DNA of 24,000 nt from Methanomicrobium sp. (lineage in GTDB: Archaea; Halobacteriota; Methanomicrobia; Methanomicrobiales; Methanomicrobiaceae): the NCBI GenBank assembly GCA_017412625.1, contig JAFPWZ010000011.1, positions 16,470-40,469 of the forward strand. Reading direction: 5' to 3'. Positions 16,148-23,787 of this stretch are shown piece after piece. How positions within the stretch are numbered: position 1 is the first letter of the stretch; each line of letters opens with the position of its first letter. Position numbers and translations under genes: made by a program. Below the pieces are notes generated by a model, which saw only the letters and a list, made by a program, of their open reading frames with translations, did no database searches and was not told where the DNA came from.

Positions 16148-17392
16148 ATGTCCGATGCTCACAAAACGACACCCGATTCACATCCCGATGAGGAAATTAC
16201 CAAATATCTCCTCGAAAGAATCTCGGGTCTGGAAACACGCAATCTTGAATTGCGTGAGGAAATCAGACAGGTCGAATCCGAAAAACGTTTTATCGAGAGT
16301 CAAAAAGTAAGATACGAAAGAGAGATCCGAAAACTTAAGAGTGAAGTCGATAAATTGAGAAGTCCTCCGCTTATCATCGGCACCATTACCGATGTTGTCG
16401 GCGAAGACCGCGTTGTCGTGCAGTCCAGCGCCGGACCTAAATTCATGGTGCATGCATCAAGATTTATCGAGGCTGCCGATCTTAAACCCGGCGCCAGATG
16501 CACACTCAATCAGCAGTCCCTTACTATAGTAGACGTTCTTCCGCAGACCTATGATTCGCAGATTTACGGTATGGAAGTTGAAGATATACCCGTTGAGACA
16601 TACTCCGATATCGGCGGTCTCGACGAGCAGATTACAGAGATAAAGGAGGCGGTAGAGCTTCCGCTTACAAAGCCGGAGTTATTCGAGAAGGTGGGTATTT
16701 CCCCGCCGAAAGGAGTGCTTCTCTACGGTCCGCCGGGTACGGGTAAGACCCTGCTTGCAAGAGCCGTGGCTCACGAGACCAACGCCAAGTTCATGAGAGT
16801 GGTAGGCTCCGAACTCGTCCAGAAATATATCGGTGAGGGTGCACGCCTTGTGCGCGAGCTCTTCGAGCATGCAAAGAAGGAGGCGCCGTCGATTATCTTC
16901 ATAGACGAGATTGACGCCATCGGCGCACACAGGAGCGAGAGTCTTACATCCGGCGACAGAGAGGTTCAGAGAACCCTCATGCAGCTCTTGGCCGATCTCG
17001 ACGGCTTTAAGGAGAGGGGCGATGTCAAGATTATCGGCGCTACAAACAGGATTGATATACTTGACCCCGCACTTCTCCGCCCGGGAAGGTTCGACAGAAT
17101 CATCGAGATTCCCGAGCCCGACCGCGACGGCAGAGAGTCGATTCTGAAAATTCATACCCGCAGGATGAATCTCGATGCCGATGTGAATCTCGGCGATATA
17201 GCCAATCTTACCGAGGGCATGAAAGGCGCGGATCTGTCATCGATATGCACGGAGGCAGGAATGTTTGCAATAAGGGAAGAACGTTCCACGGTCACTTACT
17301 CGGATTTCCTCAAGGCAATAGCAAAGGTCGGAGTCGAGCACAGAAACAAGCAGAATCTGAAAGAACTCACCGACGGCGCAATGTTCGCCTGA
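16148..17392 (+). CDS. pan: Proteasome-activating nucleotidase (PAN), paralogue 1
   Basis: The 414-aa ORF has an N-terminal coiled coil and an OB segment ([11 protein letters not shown]...VVVQSS). Walker A is GPPGTGKT and Walker B is IIFIDEIDA, with the arginine-finger region LRPGRFDR. The C-terminus is ...GAMFA. Confidence 0.9.
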   Translation: MSDAHKTTPDSHPDEEITKYLLERISGLETRNLELREEIRQVESEKRFIESQKVRYEREIRKLKSEVDKLRSPPLIIGTITDVVGEDRVVVQSSAGPKFMVHASRFIEAADLKPGARCTLNQQSLTIVDVLPQTYDSQIYGMEVEDIPVETYSDIGGLDEQITEIKEAVELPLTKPELFEKVGISPPKGVLLYGPPGTGKTLLARAVAHETNAKFMRVVGSELVQKYIGEGARLVRELFEHAKKEAPSIIFIDEIDAIGAHRSESLTSGDREVQRTLMQLLADLDGFKERGDVKIIGATNRIDILDPALLRPGRFDRIIEIPEPDRDGRESILKIHTRRMNLDADVNLGDIANLTEGMKGADLSSICTEAGMFAIREERSTVTYSDFLKAIAKVGVEHRNKQNLKELTDGAMFA

Positions 17393-17456
17393 TTTGCCCG
17401 AAAACGGGATACGGATATAACAAAATCAAATATAACTTAAATTTAAAATTTATCTT

Positions 17457-17502
17457 AAATTAAATCTGAAATTCAAATTAAATCTGAAATTAAATCTTTT
17501 TT
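17457..17502. repeat. 17-nt direct repeat on an 18-bp period (aaattaaatctgaaatt x2 plus a partial copy), ending in a T6 run
   Basis: Copies lie at 17457-17473 and 17475-17491, followed by aaatc and T6 (17497-17502). The T6 is a plausible oligo-T terminator for pan (+). The stop of the minus-strand orphan ORF (17490-17492) lies inside the repeat. Confidence 0.8.
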
Positions 17503-18179
17503 GAGTCCGTATCGGACAATTCGGAATCGGATAATTTGGTATTCGACAATTCCGTATCGGGTGATTTCGTATCCGGGTGATCCGTATCCGATGATCCCCC
17601 GTCTTCAGATACATTCTCTTTCGAATAATTCCCTTCCGAATCATTCTCTTCCGATTCCGCGTCTGATATTTCGGTATCCGGGGAGTCCGCATCGGATGCT
17701 TTCATCTCATCGGGAACGGCTATAAGCCCGTCATTTTCCGCGGCTTTCCACTCGTTCTCGCTGCACCAGACCTCAAGAACGCTGTCCATAGCTTCACAGA
17801 ACTTCGGATAGTCCTCGATTGATGAATGCGGCGATATCCAGAGCTCGTCGAGAACTTCGCCGTTTTTTATGCCGATAATCTTAGCATAGTCCCATGTCTC
17901 CTTCAGTTTGCTGTTGCGGGTGTAGATATCGGTCGAGAAGGCATGCGAGCAGAATAGGTCGGGCGAGAGCTCAAGAAGAACCTCGGTCATATAGCGCTTC
18001 ACATACCAGCTTATCTCCGATATCAGGGAGAGCGAGCTTCCCAGCGTCATATTTTCGATTAAAACGCCATAGTCAAGCCTAACGGGGCGGTAAAACTTCA
18101 GTATACCGCGGCTTGTCTCGGACGTATACAGAATTGAATAGAGATCAACTCCGGACTTCTGTATGAATATCAGATTCAT
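17490..18179 (-). CDS. Hypothetical protein with a globular N-terminal part and an acidic Ser/Thr/Asp/Glu-rich disordered tail
   Basis: The track ORF extends to GTG 18263. I prefer ATG 18179 (MNLIFIQKSG...), which is preceded by AGGA. I recognise no family. The last 70 aa or so are low complexity (SDADSPDTEISDAESEENDSEGN...SPDTELSNTKLSDSELSDTDS). It is co-directional with, and downstream of, PAN paralogue 2. Confidence 0.55.
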   Translation of the reverse strand: MNLIFIQKSGVDLYSILYTSETSRGILKFYRPVRLDYGVLIENMTLGSSLSLISEISWYVKRYMTEVLLELSPDLFCSHAFSTDIYTRNSKLKETWDYAKIIGIKNGEVLDELWISPHSSIEDYPKFCEAMDSVLEVWCSENEWKAAENDGLIAVPDEMKASDADSPDTEISDAESEENDSEGNYSKENVSEDGGSSDTDHPDTKSPDTELSNTKLSDSELSDTDSKKI

Positions 18180-18287
18180 GATCCTGAAAGAATACGGGTT
18201 TTTCCGGATAAAGAATATATTCCGCAGGAAAAATAAGTTTTCGGATGAGATTTCCCCGGGCACGTTCCCGACGATACCCGCGGGATA

Positions 18288-19547
18288 TCAGTAATACATT
18301 ATGTCTTCGGACTTTACGGTCTTGCCTTCTTTCTTGACTTTTGCGACGGCGTCAAGGAAATCGGACATTGCCACGCTCTCGGCGCTCTTGCGGACGGCAA
18401 ACATACCCGCCTCGCGGCAGATTGCCTGTATCTCCGCACCGGTGCAGCCCTCGGTCATCTCGAGAACGGTCTCCATGTCGAGATCCGCGGCAAGAGAGAG
18501 CTTGCCCGAGTGAATCTTCAGGATCTCGCGGCGCGAGTCGGCGTCGGGAAGCGGGATCTCCAGAATTCTGTCAAACCTGCCGGGGCGCAGGAGAGCATGG
18601 TCAAGCATGTCGACGCGGTTTGTTGCCGCCATTATCCTTACATTGCCGCGGTTGTCGAAGCCGTCCATCTCGGCAAGAAGCTGCATGAGCGTGCGCTGAA
18701 CCTCGGCGGAGCCCGATGTGCCGTCCGATGTCCTCATGCTTCCCACGGCGTCGATCTCATCGATGAAGACTATGGAGGGGCTCTTCTCGCGTGCAAGGTC
18801 GAAGAGTTCTCTTACCATCTGGGCGCCTTCGCCTATGAACTTGTGAACCAGTTCGCTGCCCGACATCCTTATGAACGTCGCTTTCGCCTGATTTGCGACC
18901 GCCTTCGCTATAAGGGTCTTTCCAGTACCCGGGGGTCCGTAGAGAAGGATACCTTTGGGCGGTTCGACACCTATCTTTGCAAAGACCTCGGGTCTTGTGA
19001 GCGGATACTCGACGGCCTCGCGCACCTCCTCAATCTCGTCTTTAAGACCGCCGATCTGCGCGAATGTGACATTCGGCGACTCCTCAAGTTCCATGACGCG
19101 CACGCGGGTATCAAAGGTATTGTCCACGGTCTTTACGATTGAGAGCGCATTGTTTACGGCGACCTTCATGCCGGGCTTCAGCGTGCCTGCAAGCATGTCC
19201 GCAGGCATCGTGATATATTCCTGGTTATTGCCCTGCTGGCGCAGATAGACCTCTCCGTTGGGGAGAATATCGATTATTGCCGCTACAAAAAGGGGCGGGC
19301 GCTTGAGCTGGGCGTTTTCCCTGCGCAACTGTGCAACCTCGGATTCCAGATGCATCTTTTCCCCGTTGAGACGGATGTTTTCGCGGTTGAGTGACTCTAT
19401 CTTAACGCTGAGCTGCTCGACCTGCGAGAAGATCTCTTCAATGCGGGGATCGTTTTTTAAGTTGGGATTACCCGGGGGATTCACGGGAGGGGGGCTGTTT
19501 GGAATCTCGTCCGAACTGTCCGAACTGTCGTATATGATCTCATCCAT
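18288..19547 (-). CDS. pan: Proteasome-activating nucleotidase (PAN), paralogue 2
   Basis: The 419-aa ORF has a coiled coil (ESLNRENIRLNGEKMHLESEVAQLRRENAQLKRPPL). It has [17 protein letters not shown] and LRPGRFDR. The C-terminus ...IMYY is a canonical HbYX-type motif. An unusual acidic/Pro-rich N-terminal extension is present (DSSDSSDEIPNSPPPVNPPGNPN). Confidence 0.9.
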   Translation of the reverse strand: MDEIIYDSSDSSDEIPNSPPPVNPPGNPNLKNDPRIEEIFSQVEQLSVKIESLNRENIRLNGEKMHLESEVAQLRRENAQLKRPPLFVAAIIDILPNGEVYLRQQGNNQEYITMPADMLAGTLKPGMKVAVNNALSIVKTVDNTFDTRVRVMELEESPNVTFAQIGGLKDEIEEVREAVEYPLTRPEVFAKIGVEPPKGILLYGPPGTGKTLIAKAVANQAKATFIRMSGSELVHKFIGEGAQMVRELFDLAREKSPSIVFIDEIDAVGSMRTSDGTSGSAEVQRTLMQLLAEMDGFDNRGNVRIMAATNRVDMLDHALLRPGRFDRILEIPLPDADSRREILKIHSGKLSLAADLDMETVLEMTEGCTGAEIQAICREAGMFAVRKSAESVAMSDFLDAVAKVKKEGKTVKSEDIMYY

Positions 19548-19583
19548 GTTACTTTAATATCTAATCTTACACATTTATTAGGT
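19548..19583. promoter_or_regulatory. 36-bp divergent promoter with two opposed TATA-like boxes
   Basis: TTTAATAT (19553-19560, + strand) is centred about 27 nt before ATG 19584. TAATAAAT (rc of 19573-19580) is centred about 27-30 nt before ATG 19547. There is no room for leaders or SD sequences. Confidence 0.45.
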
Positions 19584-19985
19584 ATGTCTTTTACAATTCA
19601 GGGCAGAGGTATCTCAAAGGGCACAGGAAAGGGTGCGCTTTTGAAAAGCAGCGAGCCTATATCCTTTTTATCGGGAGTGAATCCCGACACTGGAGTGGTC
19701 ATTGAGAAGGGTCATCCGCTTGAGAATCAATGCATCGCCGGAAAAGTCCTTGCATTCCCTTACGGTAAAGGCTCAACCGTAGGATCGTATATCATGTATG
19801 CCCTAAGGCGCAACAATGCGGCGCCGAGTGCCATCATAAACGATACCGCCGAGACCATTATTGCCACCGGAGCTATCATAGGGGAAATTCCTCTGGTGGA
19901 TTCACTGAATCAAAGCCTTGACGATGTTGCCGACGGCACCATGGTAACGGTAGATGCCGACTCGGGCACGGTCACGGTCGAGTGA
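19584..19985 (+). CDS. DUF126 / aconitase-X swivel-domain protein (putative phosphomevalonate dehydratase small subunit)
   Basis: The 133-aa ORF has G.G.A.G.ALL...PISFLSGVNPDTGVV ... GKVLAFPYGKGSTVGSYIMYAL...NAAPSAIIN, typical of DUF126. The functional name follows the archaeal modified mevalonate pathway. The large subunit (DUF521) is not in this window. Confidence 0.8.
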   Translation: MSFTIQGRGISKGTGKGALLKSSEPISFLSGVNPDTGVVIEKGHPLENQCIAGKVLAFPYGKGSTVGSYIMYALRRNNAAPSAIINDTAETIIATGAIIGEIPLVDSLNQSLDDVADGTMVTVDADSGTVTVE

Positions 19986-21240
19986 ACGTGTGCGGAGAAC
20001 AATAAAATTGCACTATTTTATTCTTTTAACCGATGAATGCAATCTCTGCTGCGAATACTGCCGCGGAAAGATATTCACTATAGATTCCTGCATTGACAGC
20101 GAATACGGCTGCAATGAGGACTCGGACCCGGAATGCAAATCGATATCCGGTGATTCCGAATGCGATTCTGAATGCGGTTACAAGTGCGATTCCGGGTGCG
20201 AATCCTGCGCCGTGAACATCGACGAGAACCTGCCATGCGATTTCGCTCCGCCGCTGGAGACGCTCTATAATTTTCTGAAGAAGGATGAGGATGCCATCCT
20301 TACCTTCTACGGCGGCGAGCCGCTCATACGCGACGACCTTATCCGGCAGATCATGGACAATGCGCCGGTAAAAGATTACATTATCCAGACAAATGCCGTT
20401 CTTTTGAATCGCCTCGAACCGCGATACGTGAACAGGTTCAAATCTATTTTCGCGTCCATAGACGGCGACAGGAAGACGACGGATGCCAACCGCGGCGAAG
20501 GTGTCTACGATAAGGTCATCGCGAACCTGAAAGATGCGGTCGGAAACGGATACCGCGGCGAACTTATAGCCAGAATGACGGTCTCCGAGGTCTGCGACAT
20601 ATACGAATCGGTCAGATACCTCTCTGAGAACGACGACTTTTCCTTCTCCGCAATACACTGGCAGATGGACTCGAACTTCTGGAACGACTTCGAGCTCAGA
20701 CCCGATTATGTCAGATGGGTCACGGAGAACTACAACCCGGGCATTCGCCGTCTGGCAGAATACTGGGTCGACAGGATGGAGTCGGACGGCATTGTAATGA
20801 TGTGGTATCCCTTTATAGATACCATGCAGGACATGCTTCTCGGGTGCAAAAGTTCTCCTCTGCGCTGCGGAAGCGGGTTTGAGAACTACAGTATCGTCCA
20901 GGACGGACATATAGCACCCTGCCCGTGCATGGCGGGGATGAAGGATTACTACTGCGGCGATATCGCGACATCGGACCCCAAGAGCCTGCGTAAGATAGAT
21001 ATCGGCGGCGAATGCAACGAATGCGACATACGTGATTTCTGCGGCGGCAGATGCCTCTATTCAAACATCACGATGCCGTGGTCGAAGGAAGGGCGCAGAC
21101 TTGTCTATGAGTCAGTCAAAAATCTCAAGACCGCGATGGAAACTCAGATGCCGCGTGTAAAACGCCTTATTGCCGATAAAAAAATATCACTCGAACAGTT
21201 TGATCACGTAAAATACAACGGCTGCGAGATTATTCCGTAA
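19954..21240 (+). CDS. Radical SAM enzyme with a C-terminal SPASM domain (anSME / peptide-maturase-like) and a Cys-rich acidic insertion
   Basis: The CX3CX2C motif is CNLCCEYC, and the SAM motif is FYGGEPL. The full SPASM pattern is CGSGFENYSIVQDGHIAPC ... CNECDIRDFCGGRC. The start is uncertain: ATG 19954 overlaps DUF126 by 32 nt, and the alternative GTG 19990 is preceded by GAGTGA. Confidence 0.85.
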   Translation: MPTRARSRSSERVRRTIKLHYFILLTDECNLCCEYCRGKIFTIDSCIDSEYGCNEDSDPECKSISGDSECDSECGYKCDSGCESCAVNIDENLPCDFAPPLETLYNFLKKDEDAILTFYGGEPLIRDDLIRQIMDNAPVKDYIIQTNAVLLNRLEPRYVNRFKSIFASIDGDRKTTDANRGEGVYDKVIANLKDAVGNGYRGELIARMTVSEVCDIYESVRYLSENDDFSFSAIHWQMDSNFWNDFELRPDYVRWVTENYNPGIRRLAEYWVDRMESDGIVMMWYPFIDTMQDMLLGCKSSPLRCGSGFENYSIVQDGHIAPCPCMAGMKDYYCGDIATSDPKSLRKIDIGGECNECDIRDFCGGRCLYSNITMPWSKEGRRLVYESVKNLKTAMETQMPRVKRLIADKKISLEQFDHVKYNGCEIIP

Positions 21241-21312
21241 TTCTTTGAAAAGCACAGCGACAACACGACGGCAACCGATAAATAAATAATTCTTCAGATT
21301 GGATTTAGAGCA

Positions 21313-22530
21313 ATGCAGGTCAACTGGCGCTATATCACTGCTTCACGAAATTCATTCGCGGCGCTCTATGCCGCGTGTGAAAAGAACGGTATCATACTTG
21401 AGCCGGTCGACGAACCCGGGGCGGATATTACCCTTTACAGCCTCAATTCAATAAACGCGCCGCAGTATATCGACGAGATAAAGAATGCCGACTGCATTAC
21501 GGTTGTCGGCGGACCTCACCCCTCGGCACTCTACAATGAAGTTCTGAAATACGCGGATTATGCAATCGTGGGCGAGGGCGAGTTTACCCTGCCGCGGCTC
21601 CTGAAGGCAATCGAGAAGCAGAGTCTAGAGAGGGCGGCACAGGGTCTGCCGCCGTTTGAGAAGGTTGACGGCAAAGCGGTCATACTCGACCCGGACAATA
21701 CTCCCAAAGGCGTTGCCACAAGATACGGCTACAAAAAATGCGATACCTGCGTATATATGGATGCTTTCGAGCCGTTTACAAAGTTTAAGGGATATATGGA
21801 ACTCTCGCGCGGATGTCCGTTCCGCTGCGCATACTGCCAGACTCCGCAGTTATTCGGCAACCGGATGCGCCACCGCTCCATAGATTCGCTTGTGAGAGCC
21901 TCAAAGGCCTATAACGATCTGCGGTTTCTGACGCCGAATGCTCTCTCATACGGCTCCAACGGGGTGACGCCGGCATACGACAAACTCGAAAAACTGCTGA
22001 CGGCATTCGACAGGTCAAAGAATCTCTACCTCGGCACTTTTCCGAGCGAATGCCGCCCCGAGTTCATAACGCAGGAGGCAGTCGATCTGATAAAGACATA
22101 CTGCTCGAACACGAAGATTCACTTCGGCGCCCAATCGGGAAGCGACGCGGTCTTAAAGCGGATACGCCGCGGGCACACGACCGAAGACGTAATAAATGCC
22201 GCGGAGCTCTGCCGCGACAACGGCATGACTCCCGTCGTCGACTATATCCTCGGACTGCCCGGGGAAACCGCGGATGAACAGATGCAGACCGTAGAGCAGA
22301 TTAAATGGCTATCGCGGTTCGGCAAGGTGCACGCACATTATTTCCTGCCGCTCGCGGGAACCGAACTCTACAATACCAAACCCGCGGAACTTATACCCGA
22401 AGTCAAAAAAACGCTCGGCAAACTCGCGCTCTCGGGGCGCGTTACGGGTGCATGGGTGGATGCTGAGTTAAGATTTTTACGAAACAAGCACAATCAAATA
22501 GATAATGATGAAAATTCTGCTTCTCACTGA
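21313..22530 (+). CDS. Radical SAM protein with an N-terminal B12-binding-like (Rossmann) domain, MJ1487-like family
   Basis: The 405-aa ORF has an N-terminal flavodoxin-like segment (ITVVGGPHPS...YAIVGEGEFTLPRLL). The CX3CX2C motif is ELSRGCPFRCAYCQTP. A TATA-like GATAAATAAATAA (21277-21289) lies about 27 nt before the ATG. The family name is from memory. Confidence 0.8.
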   Translation: MQVNWRYITASRNSFAALYAACEKNGIILEPVDEPGADITLYSLNSINAPQYIDEIKNADCITVVGGPHPSALYNEVLKYADYAIVGEGEFTLPRLLKAIEKQSLERAAQGLPPFEKVDGKAVILDPDNTPKGVATRYGYKKCDTCVYMDAFEPFTKFKGYMELSRGCPFRCAYCQTPQLFGNRMRHRSIDSLVRASKAYNDLRFLTPNALSYGSNGVTPAYDKLEKLLTAFDRSKNLYLGTFPSECRPEFITQEAVDLIKTYCSNTKIHFGAQSGSDAVLKRIRRGHTTEDVINAAELCRDNGMTPVVDYILGLPGETADEQMQTVEQIKWLSRFGKVHAHYFLPLAGTELYNTKPAELIPEVKKTLGKLALSGRVTGAWVDAELRFLRNKHNQIDNDENSASH

Positions 22531-23149
22531 TCTTCACGGTCAGTACGGCAAACTGGGATCCTTCCTTGAATTGGAACCCGATCTGGCGTTTATTGCCGGC
22601 GATCTCACGGATATGGGACCCTGCGAACCCGTTAAAGAATTCCTCGAAGAGTTCAATGTTCCCTGCTTTGCAATCCCGGGCAACTGCGATCCTAAAGAGA
22701 TAGTGGATACGCTCGAAGATTCGGATGCAATCTGCCTTCACGGTGCGTCCATGACCATCGGCAATGTCACGATTACGGGTGTCGGCGGATCGAATCCGAC
22801 GCCGTTCAAAACACCGTTTGAACTTACAGAAGAAGAGATTGAGAAGGTTCTTTCCGCCGCGGAAGCACATGCAACCCAAAATGTTCACAATATACTCCTC
22901 TGTCATGCGCCGCCTTTCGAGACGCTGGATGTCATCGGCGACAACGTGCATGTGGGAAGCACGACACTGCGCGAGCACATGAAGAAATACTCGCTTGTCT
23001 GCTGCGGTCATATCCACGAGGCAATCGGGTCGATTGAGGTTGACGGCACAAAGGTAGTCAACCCCGGTCCCGCTTCGCAGGGCAACTGCGCCCTTATCAC
23101 ACTCGGCGACGAATACAAAGATATCGAAGTGGAACTTCTGAAAGTCTGA
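22505..23149 (+). CDS. Calcineurin-like metallophosphoesterase
   Basis: The 214-aa ORF has the motifs LTDLHG, AGDLTD, IPGNCD, LLCHAPP and CGHIHE. It overlaps the preceding radical SAM gene by 26 nt. Confidence 0.85.
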   Translation: MMKILLLTDLHGQYGKLGSFLELEPDLAFIAGDLTDMGPCEPVKEFLEEFNVPCFAIPGNCDPKEIVDTLEDSDAICLHGASMTIGNVTITGVGGSNPTPFKTPFELTEEEIEKVLSAAEAHATQNVHNILLCHAPPFETLDVIGDNVHVGSTTLREHMKKYSLVCCGHIHEAIGSIEVDGTKVVNPGPASQGNCALITLGDEYKDIEVELLKV

Positions 23150-23157
23150 ATTTTAAA

Positions 23158-23706
23158 TTAACTCAATAATCCTTCTTTTTTAAGGATCATCTCAAGGTAT
23201 GATACCTGAATATGCTCTCCGGTGATCTCAAGTCTTTTCTTTACATCCGCGATTGTCTGAAGGGCACTCTCTCTGTCATCGCCGATTACCTCTATCTCAA
23301 CGAAACTGCCCAGACCCGCGACTTCGTCAAGGGCGACCGTCGTGCCCGCAAAAGAATACTCGCTCCGCGTCTTGAACACGGCACTGCTCTTTTTAAATCC
23401 GAGCCTTAAGAGAATCGATACCATGGTCTCCGCCGATTCTATGCCGATATTGAACTCCTCACGCGCTTTCGCATCCGTTTTTGCACCGCTGTCCCTGATT
23501 TTTGCGCCCTTGTAGGTCAGTTCGGTTTTATCGTCCGTCACACGTATGCGGAGTGCCTCGTCGGTCACGGCGAAGTCACGGTGCGGCGCATTGTAGTATG
23601 AGTCGTTCTGTTTCTGCGTGCCCAGAAAGACGGCCCCCGCGCTTTTAAGTCGCTTTTCGACCTCTGCGGTCGAATCAATCTTTATCTTTGCCTCAATCTC
23701 CAGCAT
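23158..23706 (-). CDS. CYTH-domain protein (CyaB-type class IV adenylate cyclase / triphosphate tunnel metalloenzyme)
   Basis: The 182-aa ORF starts with the EIEAKIK (ExExK) signature. It has LRIR ... LTYKG ... FVEIEV strands typical of CYTH. It converges on the phosphoesterase gene with an 8-nt gap. Confidence 0.85.
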   Translation of the reverse strand: MLEIEAKIKIDSTAEVEKRLKSAGAVFLGTQKQNDSYYNAPHRDFAVTDEALRIRVTDDKTELTYKGAKIRDSGAKTDAKAREEFNIGIESAETMVSILLRLGFKKSSAVFKTRSEYSFAGTTVALDEVAGLGSFVEIEVIGDDRESALQTIADVKKRLEITGEHIQVSYLEMILKKEGLLS

Positions 23707-23787
23707 ATTTCCTCTTCCCTTCCTGCCCGTTAAGAAAGATCACATATATAGGTAGATTTAACCAAGTAATATAGACAGGTGTAATTA

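Noticed and set aside
19954-22530. Either radical SAM gene as the ArcS partner RaSEA.
   Set aside because: One has a full SPASM domain and the other a B12-like N-terminal domain. As far as I recall, RaSEA belongs to a different, smaller archaeal radical SAM family. The genes are also 8-10 kb from arcS and on the other strand.
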